From contig JAWLHR010000001.1 in NCBI GenBank assembly GCA_041690295.1, forward strand, positions 274,168-338,167: a stretch of DNA of 64,000 nt. Reading direction: 5' to 3'. The notes beneath the pieces were generated by a model that worked only from the letters and a program-made list of their open reading frames with translations, was not told where the DNA came from and did no database searches. Both the position numbers and the translations under genes were made by a program. Numbering within the stretch: the stretch's first letter is position 1; every line of letters starts with the position of its first letter. This document shows positions 11,123 through 21,186 of the stretch, piece after piece. The DNA comes from Bdellovibrionales bacterium. Lineage in GTDB: Bacteria > Bdellovibrionota > Bdellovibrionia > Bdellovibrionales > UBA1609.

Positions 11123-11854
11123 TTAAAGTTCGATGTCTTGATGAAGCAAGACGATTTCGATTCGGGAGTTCAGCGGCATCCGCTCACCCTGATAAACCGG
11201 ACGACTGTCGCCGAACGAGGCCGCCACCAACTGATTGGGCCGTAATTTCTGCTTGGTTTGGACATAACGAAGAAGATTAATCGCGCGAGCGGATGCGAAG
11301 TCCCAGGTCGAGCGGGTGTTGCCTTTTTCATCCGGGGCGGCATGCCCTTCAATGAGAACCCGGCGCTTCAAGAGCGGCAAAATCTCGCTCAATTGATCCA
11401 AAAACTTGACCGCATCGGGCCTGAATTTCTCGTTTCCGGCCGCGAAGAGCGCCGACGAATTCAGAGTGATTCTCACGCCCCATTGGTCGGCACCCAAATC
11501 GGAAATATACTTTTTGCGTTGTTCGGGTGTGAATTTTTCCTCGATGAAACGTTCGGCTCGATCCAGAGTTTCCGCGAGCTCCGGTTTGCTGGGCCGAAAG
11601 GTCGGAATCGGTGGTTCTATGAGCTGGTTGTTCTTTTCGCCCTGATTGATCTGCTGACCGGATTCACCAAACGACCCCGCTTTGATCAGGTACCGTTTGA
11701 TCGATTCCTGAAACTCCTTGGCCTTCTCAAGATCCTTTTCCGACGTGGCGTAAAGAACGGCGAAGAACGCGAACATCAAAGTGATAAAATCCGCGTACGA
11801 GACAAGCCAACGCTCATGGTTGGCTTCATGCTCTTCTTTCGTTTCCCGCTTCAT
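11123..11854 (-). CDS. motB: Flagellar stator protein MotB
   Basis: ERWLVSYADFITLMFAFF (conserved Asp) plus OmpA-like domain. Confidence 0.92.
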   Translation of the reverse strand: MKRETKEEHEANHERWLVSYADFITLMFAFFAVLYATSEKDLEKAKEFQESIKRYLIKAGSFGESGQQINQGEKNNQLIEPPIPTFRPSKPELAETLDRAERFIEEKFTPEQRKKYISDLGADQWGVRITLNSSALFAAGNEKFRPDAVKFLDQLSEILPLLKRRVLIEGHAAPDEKGNTRSTWDFASARAINLLRYVQTKQKLRPNQLVAASFGDSRPVYQGERMPLNSRIEIVLLHQDIEL

Positions 11855-12609
11855 GAGGCCGAAACATCCAGTGTGAACGGACGCATTTTCTGTTCAATCA
11901 AATAAGGATTCAATCCGCTGACCACGGCCAGCGCGCCTTCTAAAATCATCTGTTCGGTTTCCGAACGGAATTTGATCAGGGCTTTCAGTTTGTTAGCGAT
12001 GGGAATAAAGACCAAGTTAGCTGAACCCACACCGTAAACCGTCGCCACGAAGGCCACCGCGATACCATGTCCAAGCAAAGCGGTATCGGTTATATTGGCC
12101 ATGACGCTGATCAATCCCAAAACAGCGCCGATAATGCCGATGGTGGGCGCGAAGCCTCCGGCATCCATCCAAACTTTCGCGGCGGCCAGCTTACGCCGTT
12201 CGTTCAATGAGATCTCTTCTTCAAAGATCTTACGTAAAACTTCCGGCTCCACGCCGTCGATGGCGAAGCGGTACACCGTGCGCATGAAGGGGTCGTGCAT
12301 TTTAGAGAGGTTTTTTTCCAGGGCCAGAATGGTTTCGCGGCGAGCGGTCTGGGCCGATTGAATAATTTCAGCGGCGATGCGATTCCGTTCTTCCACTTCG
12401 TTGCTGCGAAAGACCTGACCCAGATATTCCAACGCGAGTTTTAGATCTTCACTGCGATTGGAAACCACAGTGGCGCCGATGGTCCCGCCGAAAACAATGA
12501 AAGCCGCGGTCAATTGCAGAAGTGAACCGATACTGCCGCCTTCGAGGAGATTTCCGACGATGATTCCGCCGATGCCTACAATAAGCCCGATAATCGTCGT
12601 CATCTGCAT
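11851..12609 (-). CDS. motA: Flagellar stator protein MotA
   Basis: GGFAPTIGIIGAVLGL, AFVATVYGV; ATGA-coupled to motB. Confidence 0.92.
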   Translation of the reverse strand: MQMTTIIGLIVGIGGIIVGNLLEGGSIGSLLQLTAAFIVFGGTIGATVVSNRSEDLKLALEYLGQVFRSNEVEERNRIAAEIIQSAQTARRETILALEKNLSKMHDPFMRTVYRFAIDGVEPEVLRKIFEEEISLNERRKLAAAKVWMDAGGFAPTIGIIGAVLGLISVMANITDTALLGHGIAVAFVATVYGVGSANLVFIPIANKLKALIKFRSETEQMILEGALAVVSGLNPYLIEQKMRPFTLDVSAS

Positions 12610-12627
12610 GTAACTCTCTCCCCAGCC

Positions 12628-13077
12628 TTAGAAATGGCTAAGATTCTTCTCTCGCGCGAAATTCAAATCATTGGTGGTCACTCTCAACCGGCCACAAAGG
12701 AATTGAGAAAGCTCCCGATAGAATTTAAGAGCCGCGCCCTGGTTCTTTTCCAAAAACAAACGCAGCTTTTCATAGGGAATCTCGATCAGTTCACTGGCTT
12801 CGACCGCCTCGGCGGTCGCCGAACGGGGCTGACCATCGACAAATGACATTTCACCGAAATGACTTCCCGTCCCCAATTTGGCCACGACGATCGCATTCTG
12901 CTGTATATTCACGGAACCAAATTTGATCAGATAAAGAGCGGTGGCCGGTTCACCTTTGATGAAAATCGTGTCTCCACGATTGTATTGCTTTACAGTTCCC
13001 GTTTCGCCGATGGCGTCGAGTTCAGAACCTTCAAAGGTTTTGAAAAGATAGACGTTCTGCAGCAGCGTGCGGCTCAT
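12628..13077 (-). CDS. Stand-alone cyclic-nucleotide-binding domain protein
   Basis: Phosphate-binding cassette FGEMSF...PRSATA; no HTH. Confidence 0.88.
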   Translation of the reverse strand: MSRTLLQNVYLFKTFEGSELDAIGETGTVKQYNRGDTIFIKGEPATALYLIKFGSVNIQQNAIVVAKLGTGSHFGEMSFVDGQPRSATAEAVEASELIEIPYEKLRLFLEKNQGAALKFYRELSQFLCGRLRVTTNDLNFAREKNLSHF

Positions 13078-13164
13078 GTTGTCCCCTAAGGTGAGTATCC
13101 CAAATCAAAGGTTATCATCAGTTCCAGGATGAATCCAACCGGCTTTCGGTGTAGGAAAGTACCA

Positions 13165-14145
13165 ATGTCGACATTGGTAACGGGCGCGACTGGCTTTGTG
13201 GGATCCTGGCTTGTCCGACGATTGGTTGAATCGGGCGAACGAGTCTGTGTGCTTCACCGGTCCACATCCTCTTTAGACGAGTTAGCCGGACTTTCGTACG
13301 AGTCGCGAATCGGCGACATCACGGATCCCGAATCCATTGAAAACGCGCTGAAAGGAATAAATACGGTTTACCACCTGGCCGGCCTGGTGGGATACACACG
13401 CGCTTTGCGTGGAGCCATGGAGAAAGTGAATGTCGAGGGAACCCGCAACGTCGTTAACGCCGTCAAAAAATCCGACGCCAAACTGGTGTACATGAGTTCG
13501 GTCGTGGCCATCGGCGCGAGTTTTGACGGCACACCACTTAACGAAGATAGCCCTTACAATGTCGCCCACCTCGACCTTGGTTATTTTGAGACCAAGAGGC
13601 GGGCCGAAGAAATCGTGAAAGAGGCGTGCGATCGCGGGGAAATTCAGGCGGTGATCCTGAATCCCTCGACCATCTATGGTCCAGGCGACGCCAAGAAGGG
13701 AAGCCGCAAAACCCAGATCAAAGTGGCCCGAGGGCAACTCCCGTTTTACACTTCCGGAGGAGTTAGCGTGGTTTCCGTGCACGATGTGGTCGACGCTGTT
13801 ATCAAGGCTCACGACCTAGGTCGAAACGGAGAGCGTTACATCTTGTGCGGAGAAAACATCACCATTCACGATTTATTTGTTCGCATCGCCCGCCAAGCCG
13901 GCGTTGCACCGCCACGAATTTATCTGCCCAATTTTTTGGTACACGCTTTGGGCAAAATCGGTGATGGGATGGAAAAATTCGGCCGAAAAGGACCCTTGAA
14001 CGGTGAGAACGCCTGGACGGCTGTTTTGTATCATTGGTTTGATCATTCCAAGGCCACCCGCGAACTCGACTTTCGGCCGAGGTCGGCCAATGAAGCGATC
14101 GCTGAAAGCGTAGAATGGATGAGAGAACACGGTTACCTGAAATGA
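13165..14145 (+). CDS. NAD-dependent epimerase/dehydratase (extended SDR, dihydroflavonol reductase/HpnA-like)
   Basis: TGATGFVG, YFETK (YxxxK), NPSTIYGPGD. Confidence 0.88.
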   Translation: MSTLVTGATGFVGSWLVRRLVESGERVCVLHRSTSSLDELAGLSYESRIGDITDPESIENALKGINTVYHLAGLVGYTRALRGAMEKVNVEGTRNVVNAVKKSDAKLVYMSSVVAIGASFDGTPLNEDSPYNVAHLDLGYFETKRRAEEIVKEACDRGEIQAVILNPSTIYGPGDAKKGSRKTQIKVARGQLPFYTSGGVSVVSVHDVVDAVIKAHDLGRNGERYILCGENITIHDLFVRIARQAGVAPPRIYLPNFLVHALGKIGDGMEKFGRKGPLNGENAWTAVLYHWFDHSKATRELDFRPRSANEAIAESVEWMREHGYLK

Positions 14146-15083
14146 AGACGGAAAAACGGCCTTCCTTGATCGGCAGCTTCTTCAAAATGATTATCAGCGG
14201 CTTCGTTCTATTGGCGGTCGCGGTTCTCGCGCTGGTCCTCACCATTCCCGATGTCACTCAATTGGAACGTTGCTTTACCACATCCATGTTCCAGGTTGAG
14301 CTTTGTCCGAATTCTCCAAACTACGTCAAACTGGAAGATATCTCTTCCTATATGATTCACGCCTTGATCGTGGCGGAAGACGGCTCGTTCTATCAGCATA
14401 AAGGTTTTGACTGGCACGAAATCCAAGAAAGCTTCGAAGCCAATTTGCGCGCCGGAACCGCCCGCCGGGGCGGCTCAACGTTAACCCAACAATTGGCTAA
14501 AAACGCCTTTTTATCAGCGGAAAAAAGTTTGTGGCGTAAAGCCAAAGAAGCTTACCTCGCTTACGCCATCGAGTCCCGATATAAGAAGGATTTCATTTTG
14601 GAAAAGTATCTGAACGTGGTGGAGTTTGGTCCGAATCTCTACGGAATCAAAGCGGCGGCTCGCCACTATTTTCAAAAGAGCCCCGCTGATCTTCATCCTT
14701 TGGATGCCGCTTATCTCGCGCACCTTTTACCGAATCCAAAGGTTTACTCACAGGGATTCCGTCGAGGCGCCCTGACTCCCTTTTCCAAACGCATGATCTC
14801 AACCATTCTCAAGCGAATGAACGCTTATGGGAAACTGAGCGAGCCGACCTATGAGCGCGCCTTGGCTTTGATGGACGAATTTCCCTGGCGAACGGTTTCA
14901 ATGTCGACGTTTTCGGATGCGCCCTCCTGGAGTCTCGATATGGACGTGCCGATGCCCAACACCGCCGACCTAGAATACGACGACACCACGGTGGAGCATT
15001 CCATTGACGCGACAGCAGAAGATCCCACTCCTCAGGAGTTGGAGCGTGAGGTTAACTCCGCTCTAGGCGGGGATTTCGAATAA
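14142..15083 (+). CDS. mtgA: Monofunctional peptidoglycan transglycosylase (GT51)
   Basis: AEDGSFYQHKGFD, GGSTLTQQLAKN, RKAKE, ILEKYLN; no transpeptidase domain; acidic tail. Confidence 0.88.
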   Translation: MKTEKRPSLIGSFFKMIISGFVLLAVAVLALVLTIPDVTQLERCFTTSMFQVELCPNSPNYVKLEDISSYMIHALIVAEDGSFYQHKGFDWHEIQESFEANLRAGTARRGGSTLTQQLAKNAFLSAEKSLWRKAKEAYLAYAIESRYKKDFILEKYLNVVEFGPNLYGIKAAARHYFQKSPADLHPLDAAYLAHLLPNPKVYSQGFRRGALTPFSKRMISTILKRMNAYGKLSEPTYERALALMDEFPWRTVSMSTFSDAPSWSLDMDVPMPNTADLEYDDTTVEHSIDATAEDPTPQELEREVNSALGGDFE

Positions 15084-15572
15084 TCAGGTGCGAATTTTCA
15101 GAAAGTGGAAAAACTTCGACGGCAAAACATCGATTTCCATCGGTTCGCCTGAATCACCTTTGACGTCAGGAATTTTCAGGTAGGATTCGCCGGGCTTGCA
15201 ACTGTACTCAATGCCTTCGCGAAACAAGACCGTTTTTTCAGTTCCCGTCTCGGAATTAAAAAACGGCACGTAGAAGCTGGTGATTTGCGCGCGACTCGGA
15301 AGAAACCCTTCGACCATATTCACCTGATCGATAAAAAACTTGGGACAATGGGAGAATTCGATGGTCTCGTTCTCCAGGGTTCGGATCCACTTTTGGAACT
15401 CGCGAACGCCCACGGAATTGATGGTGCTCAGTTCTTCCAAGTCGATTTCCACGGGTTTGCTTTTCTTGACTCGAACCGGATCCAGATCCGCCACTTCCGT
15501 CAAGGGTCCGATAAAACGGATAAGTAATCTTTCTTTTTCGGTGATTAAGGTGCGAAACGTCGATGCGGTCAT
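15084..15572 (-). CDS. STAS-like (anti-sigma antagonist-like) protein
   Basis: IDLEELSTINSVGVREF resembles the STAS DSxG motif. Confidence 0.55.
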   Translation of the reverse strand: MTASTFRTLITEKERLLIRFIGPLTEVADLDPVRVKKSKPVEIDLEELSTINSVGVREFQKWIRTLENETIEFSHCPKFFIDQVNMVEGFLPSRAQITSFYVPFFNSETGTEKTVLFREGIEYSCKPGESYLKIPDVKGDSGEPMEIDVLPSKFFHFLKIRT

Positions 15573-15598
15573 ACCAATATCTAATATCTAAAGCATAA

Positions 15599-16795
15599 TC
15601 AGAGGCAATTTTCGAGCGCAATCGACCCCGACGTTAGGGTGTAATACGAGCCCGGCGGGCAACCCATCTGACGGTGGTGAGCACACGTTTGCCGCGGCAC
15701 CGATTTGCAGTGGGTCTGCATGGAATAGCTCACGATGGCTTCTAGATTTGAAGATATATTCTGCACAACTTGGTTTTCAGCGTATTTGAAGCAGGGAAAT
15801 TGCATCTTATTGGCATTGCAGGCGGCTTGGGCCTGCATGTCCGCGGCCGCGGCACTGGTGGTCACCGCATAGCCACCTCGACCATCGGCCGTGATATAAA
15901 TCGCGCCAAAACGATTATTCTGAATCACATTTGGTAAATAATCATTAGTCATTTGCGCTGTAAAAACCTGATCGCGCATTCCCGGAATGTTATTGCCCAT
16001 GGAAAGTCGCAAATACTCGATCACCGGAACGCGATTCATTTGTTTCGGTTTAAAAACCACCTCATCATTTGTGGCGAACAAGGTGCACGGACTGAACGCC
16101 GCCATCATTTCACAACGCTCCATGGCCACACGGGCCGCCTCTTGCGCCGAGAGAATGGGAAATTGCGGCGTATTGGCCACCCAGGAATAGGCTCCGTCCA
16201 AGCTGACGGCCAACGCCTTGGGCGATGAAGCGCTCATGTACTCATTCGCCAATTGACTGCGGACACCAATGGGCACGAACGGGATTTGCGTCACATTGGT
16301 CGGATCCTGAAGCGTGAACGTGTAGGTGTTCGCCATGGTCGACCGACTGACATTGAAGTTCTCACCCAAAGCGAGCAAGGTGCATGGCTGCCCGCCGGAG
16401 ATGACATAGCAGGCTTCCAAAGCGGATTGGTTGGCGTCATTTTGCTGACCTATGGCCTTGCGGGTGACAAATCCAAGTCCACTTGCCGTCACCGCGATCG
16501 CTTTAGCCCCGATGTGGTTGGAGTAATTGAAAACCTCCACCATTGTTTGCACCATTTGCGACTTATTTGGAACGAAGTCATAGTTGAAAAGTTCCCCGCG
16601 CTTGAAATTTTCGGTGCCGACCGGCCCTTTGATCACCGGGTCAAACGGCGCCGTATGCGAGGAACCGTCGCTTGGCTCCAATGGTTTACCCGAGGGAACG
16701 TCTCCCCCGCAGTTTTGAAAGACGATAATAGCCCCGACGACCGCGGCGGCTAACAATATAGTGCGCACTGTATGAATTGTATCGGATCGCGACAA
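15599..16795 (-). CDS. Lipoprotein with three tandem DUF4189-like Cys-paired domains
   Basis: Lipobox-like VFQNC; three repeats of (K/G)A(I/L)...G...A...A..C...PC. Confidence 0.6.
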   Translation of the reverse strand: MSRSDTIHTVRTILLAAAVVGAIIVFQNCGGDVPSGKPLEPSDGSSHTAPFDPVIKGPVGTENFKRGELFNYDFVPNKSQMVQTMVEVFNYSNHIGAKAIAVTASGLGFVTRKAIGQQNDANQSALEACYVISGGQPCTLLALGENFNVSRSTMANTYTFTLQDPTNVTQIPFVPIGVRSQLANEYMSASSPKALAVSLDGAYSWVANTPQFPILSAQEAARVAMERCEMMAAFSPCTLFATNDEVVFKPKQMNRVPVIEYLRLSMGNNIPGMRDQVFTAQMTNDYLPNVIQNNRFGAIYITADGRGGYAVTTSAAAADMQAQAACNANKMQFPCFKYAENQVVQNISSNLEAIVSYSMQTHCKSVPRQTCAHHRQMGCPPGSYYTLTSGSIALENCL

Positions 16796-16809
16796 CCTGG
16801 ACTTGAGAC

Positions 16810-17832
16810 TTAACCGTGGCCGCCCATTAAAAAGGGCTCGTGACTTGTATCAATTTGAGACGCCGGATCCAGGTTTTTGAAGTAATCCGCGATCGCGGCC
16901 ATGGTGCTCGCCCGGTCGGCGGACTGGAAAAGGGTCTTACGAAACTGACTGGAACCGGGAAATCCCGCAGAGTACCAGGCGGCGAATTTACGCATTTGAA
17001 TCAACACGATTCGTTCGGGGTAAAACGCTTCCAGGTGCTCGCGAAGCCGGTCCATGATGGTGACGATCTCGCCTTTGCACGGCTTGGAATCTTGATTTCG
17101 AATCGCCAGCGCCTGCGCGAAAATCCAAGGATTCTTCAGACAACCCCGACCAATCATAACGCCGTCGCAACCGCTTTCGTTCAATCTTTCAACCGCTTGC
17201 TCGGCATGATGAATATCGCCATTTCCCAGGATGGGAACGGGACTGGATTGTTTCACTTCCCGGATGTAATCCCAATCCGCCGCCCCGGAATACCCGGCCG
17301 CGCGCGTGCGACCATGAATGGCCACCCAGGTGACGCCCTCATCATAGGCCAGTCGCGCCACCTCTGGAGTGTTTCGCGTGGATTGATCCCAACCCGTCCG
17401 CACTTTGATCGTCACCGGAATCTTGACCGCAGTTCTCACCGCTCGAATCACTTCGCGCATGCGGTTTAAATCTTTGAGACACGCGGAACCCGCGCCCTTG
17501 TTCACCACCTTGGGAACCGGGCAACCAAAGTTGATATCGACAAAATCGGCGCCCGCCTGCTCGACCGCCTGCGCGGCGTAGCGGAGATGCTCCAAATTTT
17601 CCCCAAACAGCTGAATTCCTACCGGATGCTGAGAGGAATCAAACTCCATTAGTTTTCTGGTTTTCTCCGAAGAAAAACGTAATCCCGTGGCGCTCACCAA
17701 TTCACTGATGACGATTCCGCAACCCAGCTCACGCATGAAGGAACGAAACGGCCGATCGGTAATTCCAGCCATGGGGGCTAAGACGAAAGGATTTTTCCTG
17801 AGGTGCATCAGCAATGGATTTTCGGCCGTCAT
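16810..17832 (-). CDS. dusB: tRNA-dihydrouridine synthase DusB
   Basis: LAPMAGITD, DINFGCP, IHGRTR, GVMIGRG. Confidence 0.93.
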   Translation of the reverse strand: MTAENPLLMHLRKNPFVLAPMAGITDRPFRSFMRELGCGIVISELVSATGLRFSSEKTRKLMEFDSSQHPVGIQLFGENLEHLRYAAQAVEQAGADFVDINFGCPVPKVVNKGAGSACLKDLNRMREVIRAVRTAVKIPVTIKVRTGWDQSTRNTPEVARLAYDEGVTWVAIHGRTRAAGYSGAADWDYIREVKQSSPVPILGNGDIHHAEQAVERLNESGCDGVMIGRGCLKNPWIFAQALAIRNQDSKPCKGEIVTIMDRLREHLEAFYPERIVLIQMRKFAAWYSAGFPGSSQFRKTLFQSADRASTMAAIADYFKNLDPASQIDTSHEPFLMGGHG

Positions 17833-17918
17833 TGCCTGGCAATTTAAGCAAAGCGGACCACCGTGTCATCGTGGAAAATTTTTCAATCTCATGGTACCGA
17901 TTCTAGATGGGGAAAACC

Positions 17919-19193
17919 ATGGACCGGTTGCCTTTACTGCTTATCGCGATCTTCGTCATGGAAGGCGCTATGGCGAAACCTTCCTGCTCCGACACGCCCG
18001 CAAGCCCCCGCTATGTTCGCGAATTGAATATCAAGACAAGTTCATTTGGTGACACCAAGATCTGCGACCTCGTTCACAGTCTGCAGCTCATCGAAGACGG
18101 CGAATTCATCGATTCGGAATCGAGTCCATTCGTACGCGATTTCGTGGATGGCGAACTTTATTACGTTTGGTTGCGAGAGCATATCCGCAGCCTCGAAAGC
18201 GGTAACGATTTGCCCGAAACCACGGCTTCCAACTCCGCGGGACACATCACTTTACAAAAGCATTGGCATCGTCTTTCTTCCCTCGCGCGGGCGGGAAGCC
18301 TGATCCATGAGGCTCGCCACACGGAAGGTCATTCCCACACCACTTGTGAATCCGGACCTTATAAGGACTCCCCAATTCTGGGCTGTGACGAAAATTTCGA
18401 CCAAGGCGGCGCGCATGCGGTTGAAACCGAGTACTACGCCCGTGTGGCGGAACAAGGGCGCAATTTCCATCCCGCCTTCAAGGCCATGGCCAAACTCATG
18501 CTTCGCCAGCGCTCACAAACCGTCTTCAATCAAGACCCGTTGGCGGAGCGAGAGCAGTTGCTGGTCAGGACCACGGAAGGCTGGATGCGAGTCGATACCA
18601 ACGGTAAAGAAGTTTTATCCTGGGATTTTACCGACTCCGCGTCGTTACAACTTAAGACCACTTCACTCGGTCCCGCCTTGTTTGATTTGCCGCTCGGCGC
18701 TTGGTTGATTCGGCTTCAACCTTTCGCCGTTCCACTCGACGGAAACAGTTTTTTCAAACGCCTCAATCTCGCTCCACCCTCGGGTATGGTCGACGCGGAA
18801 GAATTTGAAACCGGATTGCGCCGCTACTTGTACGCCGCTGACGATCAGAATCATCTCTTCGCCTACAATTTCGGCCAAAGCACGTGGACATCGGGCGGCC
18901 ACCATCACGGTCTCAAGCGGTTGGTGACGATCAATCCACTCGGTCAGACGGGTCTATTCATCGTCTTTGATAACGACACCTACTGTCCCATCAGAGCATC
19001 TGATCTCACGTGCGATCGATCGCCGTCCTCATGGCCGACGGGAAGCAAGCGGTTCGTGCATTATCAAAATTCGTTATTGCGGTTAGATGAAAACGGCAAA
19101 GTCTACGACTCTCAAGGCCGTATCTGGAATGATCTGGCGAACGAAACCGTCCTCGATCTCATTGTCATTCCTAACTACGAGGTCCAGGAATAA
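17919..19193 (+). CDS. Secreted putative zinc metallopeptidase
   Basis: Signal peptide, HEARH (HExxH), downstream AHAVE, beta-rich C-terminal half. Confidence 0.55.
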   Translation: MDRLPLLLIAIFVMEGAMAKPSCSDTPASPRYVRELNIKTSSFGDTKICDLVHSLQLIEDGEFIDSESSPFVRDFVDGELYYVWLREHIRSLESGNDLPETTASNSAGHITLQKHWHRLSSLARAGSLIHEARHTEGHSHTTCESGPYKDSPILGCDENFDQGGAHAVETEYYARVAEQGRNFHPAFKAMAKLMLRQRSQTVFNQDPLAEREQLLVRTTEGWMRVDTNGKEVLSWDFTDSASLQLKTTSLGPALFDLPLGAWLIRLQPFAVPLDGNSFFKRLNLAPPSGMVDAEEFETGLRRYLYAADDQNHLFAYNFGQSTWTSGGHHHGLKRLVTINPLGQTGLFIVFDNDTYCPIRASDLTCDRSPSSWPTGSKRFVHYQNSLLRLDENGKVYDSQGRIWNDLANETVLDLIVIPNYEVQE

Positions 19194-19825
19194 TGCGGCC
19201 GTCGATTCTTATTTTTCTAAGCTGCGCGTTTCTCCTTTACTGGCATTTCGGTGTGGACTTCGGTGGGCAACGCCTGTTGCCAACGGTGAAACCGTTCCTT
19301 TACCAGGTGACCAATCCGCCCTACGAACCGCTTCAATCCTCGGCCAGCTTGCAACCGGATCCGGAAGATAGAAAAGAAGTGAAGCTCCAAGATGATTTCA
19401 TGCAATGGTTCCGTGCGGAGGCCGAAAAAATCGGTCGGGTGAATCCGGACCCCTCGGGCACGTTGAGCCGGCTCAAGCAAAAAGCATCGACTCTGACTCA
19501 TCATCAAATGATGCAACTCAAGCGGATGGCGCTCGAACACGATTCAAAAGGTGATGAACGATTCTTGGCGGTTTATCTCCTGGGTCTGGCCGATAACAAG
19601 CAAGCCGCCTCACATCTTAGAGAACTCGCGCTCACTAAGATTCCGGCCGTGACCAATGATCGCCAGCATTCGGACGAAGTTCTCCTTCGCGCCCAAGCCA
19701 TCGAGTCACTGGTGCAAAAACTCTCCATCGAAGATTCCCGACGGTTGCTCAGAGACGTACTCAGCCAAACGTCGGATCCCCTGCTCGCCCGTCACGCGCG
19801 ATACTGGCTCAATAGACTCGGTTGA
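19193..19825 (+). CDS. Membrane-anchored helical-repeat (HEAT-like) hypothetical protein
   Basis: TAATG overlap with the upstream gene; N-terminal TM; helical repeats (ERFLAVYLLG, RAQAIESL). Confidence 0.6.
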   Translation: MRPSILIFLSCAFLLYWHFGVDFGGQRLLPTVKPFLYQVTNPPYEPLQSSASLQPDPEDRKEVKLQDDFMQWFRAEAEKIGRVNPDPSGTLSRLKQKASTLTHHQMMQLKRMALEHDSKGDERFLAVYLLGLADNKQAASHLRELALTKIPAVTNDRQHSDEVLLRAQAIESLVQKLSIEDSRRLLRDVLSQTSDPLLARHARYWLNRLG

Positions 19826-19938
19826 GTGGATTTCCCAGTTGACAAAAATCTCCGCAATACTTCACATAACATCTTTTGTCGGGCACTCCCGCCAGGAATT
19901 TGTTACAATTCAATAGAAACACCAACAAAGGAGGTTGG

Positions 19939-20232
19939 ATGCTCTCAGAGGACGTGAAAGTTATGTTTACCGGGTTCGAGCCCAACGAGGACGTGCGCTC
20001 GAAACTTTATTATTTTTTAAACCGACTTTACTTCAAGTCACCGAGCCAGTCCTTCTTACAAGCCACTTTCACCTTTACGAACGGATTGTTCGAAGGCGTT
20101 ATCAATATCACTTCATCGGCGGAAAACTTCGTAGTTAAGGCCTCCGATGTACATCTTTCGCAACTCACCGAAAAATTATTTGAAAAAGTCGGTGAGAAAC
20201 TTGAGGACTGGAAGTCCCTCCGCTTCGACTGA
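19939..20232 (+). CDS. Small HPF/RaiA-fold-like protein
   Basis: AAGGAGG SD; 97 aa with beta-alpha-beta-beta-beta-alpha pattern; paralog of 32656..33057. Confidence 0.5.
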   Translation: MLSEDVKVMFTGFEPNEDVRSKLYYFLNRLYFKSPSQSFLQATFTFTNGLFEGVINITSSAENFVVKASDVHLSQLTEKLFEKVGEKLEDWKSLRFD

Positions 20233-20313
20233 GTGCCTATTGATTCGCCGCATCCTTGCCGGCGATTTACCCCCGTGAAAGACTAGGAACGGTCATCAAA
20301 AAGGGGGGTCTAG

Positions 20314-20745
20314 ATGAGAACATTACTTATAGTCTTGGCATTCATGTCGTCGGCGGCATCGGCCAAAGTCGTGGAAGTGACGTGCTCCAAGAAAGCCTAC
20401 GGCTGCTGGAATTCAACCGAAGGAGTAGTCTGTCGATGGGTGTCGATGGATGACGCGGTTCCTGTGCAGATTCAAATGTACCGCGATCCGAATTTTCCCA
20501 AAGAGGATTTGCCCTGGGAAGTTTATCGCGCTGTCTATCAAAACACTTATGACCGGCATTTCCTCACCGTTAATGTGGAATATCGCGTGCTCGAGGGGCT
20601 GAGAGATCCCATTTCGGTGAAAGCCAGCTTGAACGCGGGCACTGTAATCGCCGAAGCGTCGGGCCGAGACCGCATTGAAATCGGTTTGCGAAACGCCAAT
20701 TATGGACGCGGCTTTATCTGCAATTCCATTCGCGTGATTGAATAA
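20314..20745 (+). CDS. Secreted hypothetical protein
   Basis: Signal peptide ending ASA, four Cys. Confidence 0.7.
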   Translation: MRTLLIVLAFMSSAASAKVVEVTCSKKAYGCWNSTEGVVCRWVSMDDAVPVQIQMYRDPNFPKEDLPWEVYRAVYQNTYDRHFLTVNVEYRVLEGLRDPISVKASLNAGTVIAEASGRDRIEIGLRNANYGRGFICNSIRVIE

Positions 20746-20775
20746 GAGAGCCATTCATGCGAAGTTGAGACTCGC

Positions 20776-21186
20776 ATGCATGAGCATCTCAAGAAAACTC
20801 TTCTGGAATTGAGCGTCGCGCTCCAAGATCTTCATCGCAATTTGTTGATGCTGGAGGCCCAGGCCGTGGAAGCGGCCTCGGGCCAAAAGTTGAATCCCTA
20901 CGATCTGCTTCACAAATCGCTACATGATCCGGGATTTTCGTGGCTACGTCTGATGAGCGCGATGATCGTTCATGTGGACACCATTGTGGATGAGACGCCT
21001 CAACTCAACGCCCAGCAGGCCAGCATCATCGCCGATGAGGTTTTGAACCTGCTTGAAAAACCGGATGCCCGCGCCAATCAGGAGTTTTGGAACAAATACT
21101 CCGCGTACCTTTCACACAATCCGGACATCATCATGAAACATTCGCGGGTCAAAACGCTTCTTGAAAGTTTGCGTCCGCAAATGTGA
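20776..21186 (+). CDS. Hypothetical all-helical protein
   Basis: Clean ORF filling the gap; motif LH..LL...DP.F.WLR.MS..IV..D. Confidence 0.7.
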   Translation: MHEHLKKTLLELSVALQDLHRNLLMLEAQAVEAASGQKLNPYDLLHKSLHDPGFSWLRLMSAMIVHVDTIVDETPQLNAQQASIIADEVLNLLEKPDARANQEFWNKYSAYLSHNPDIIMKHSRVKTLLESLRPQM

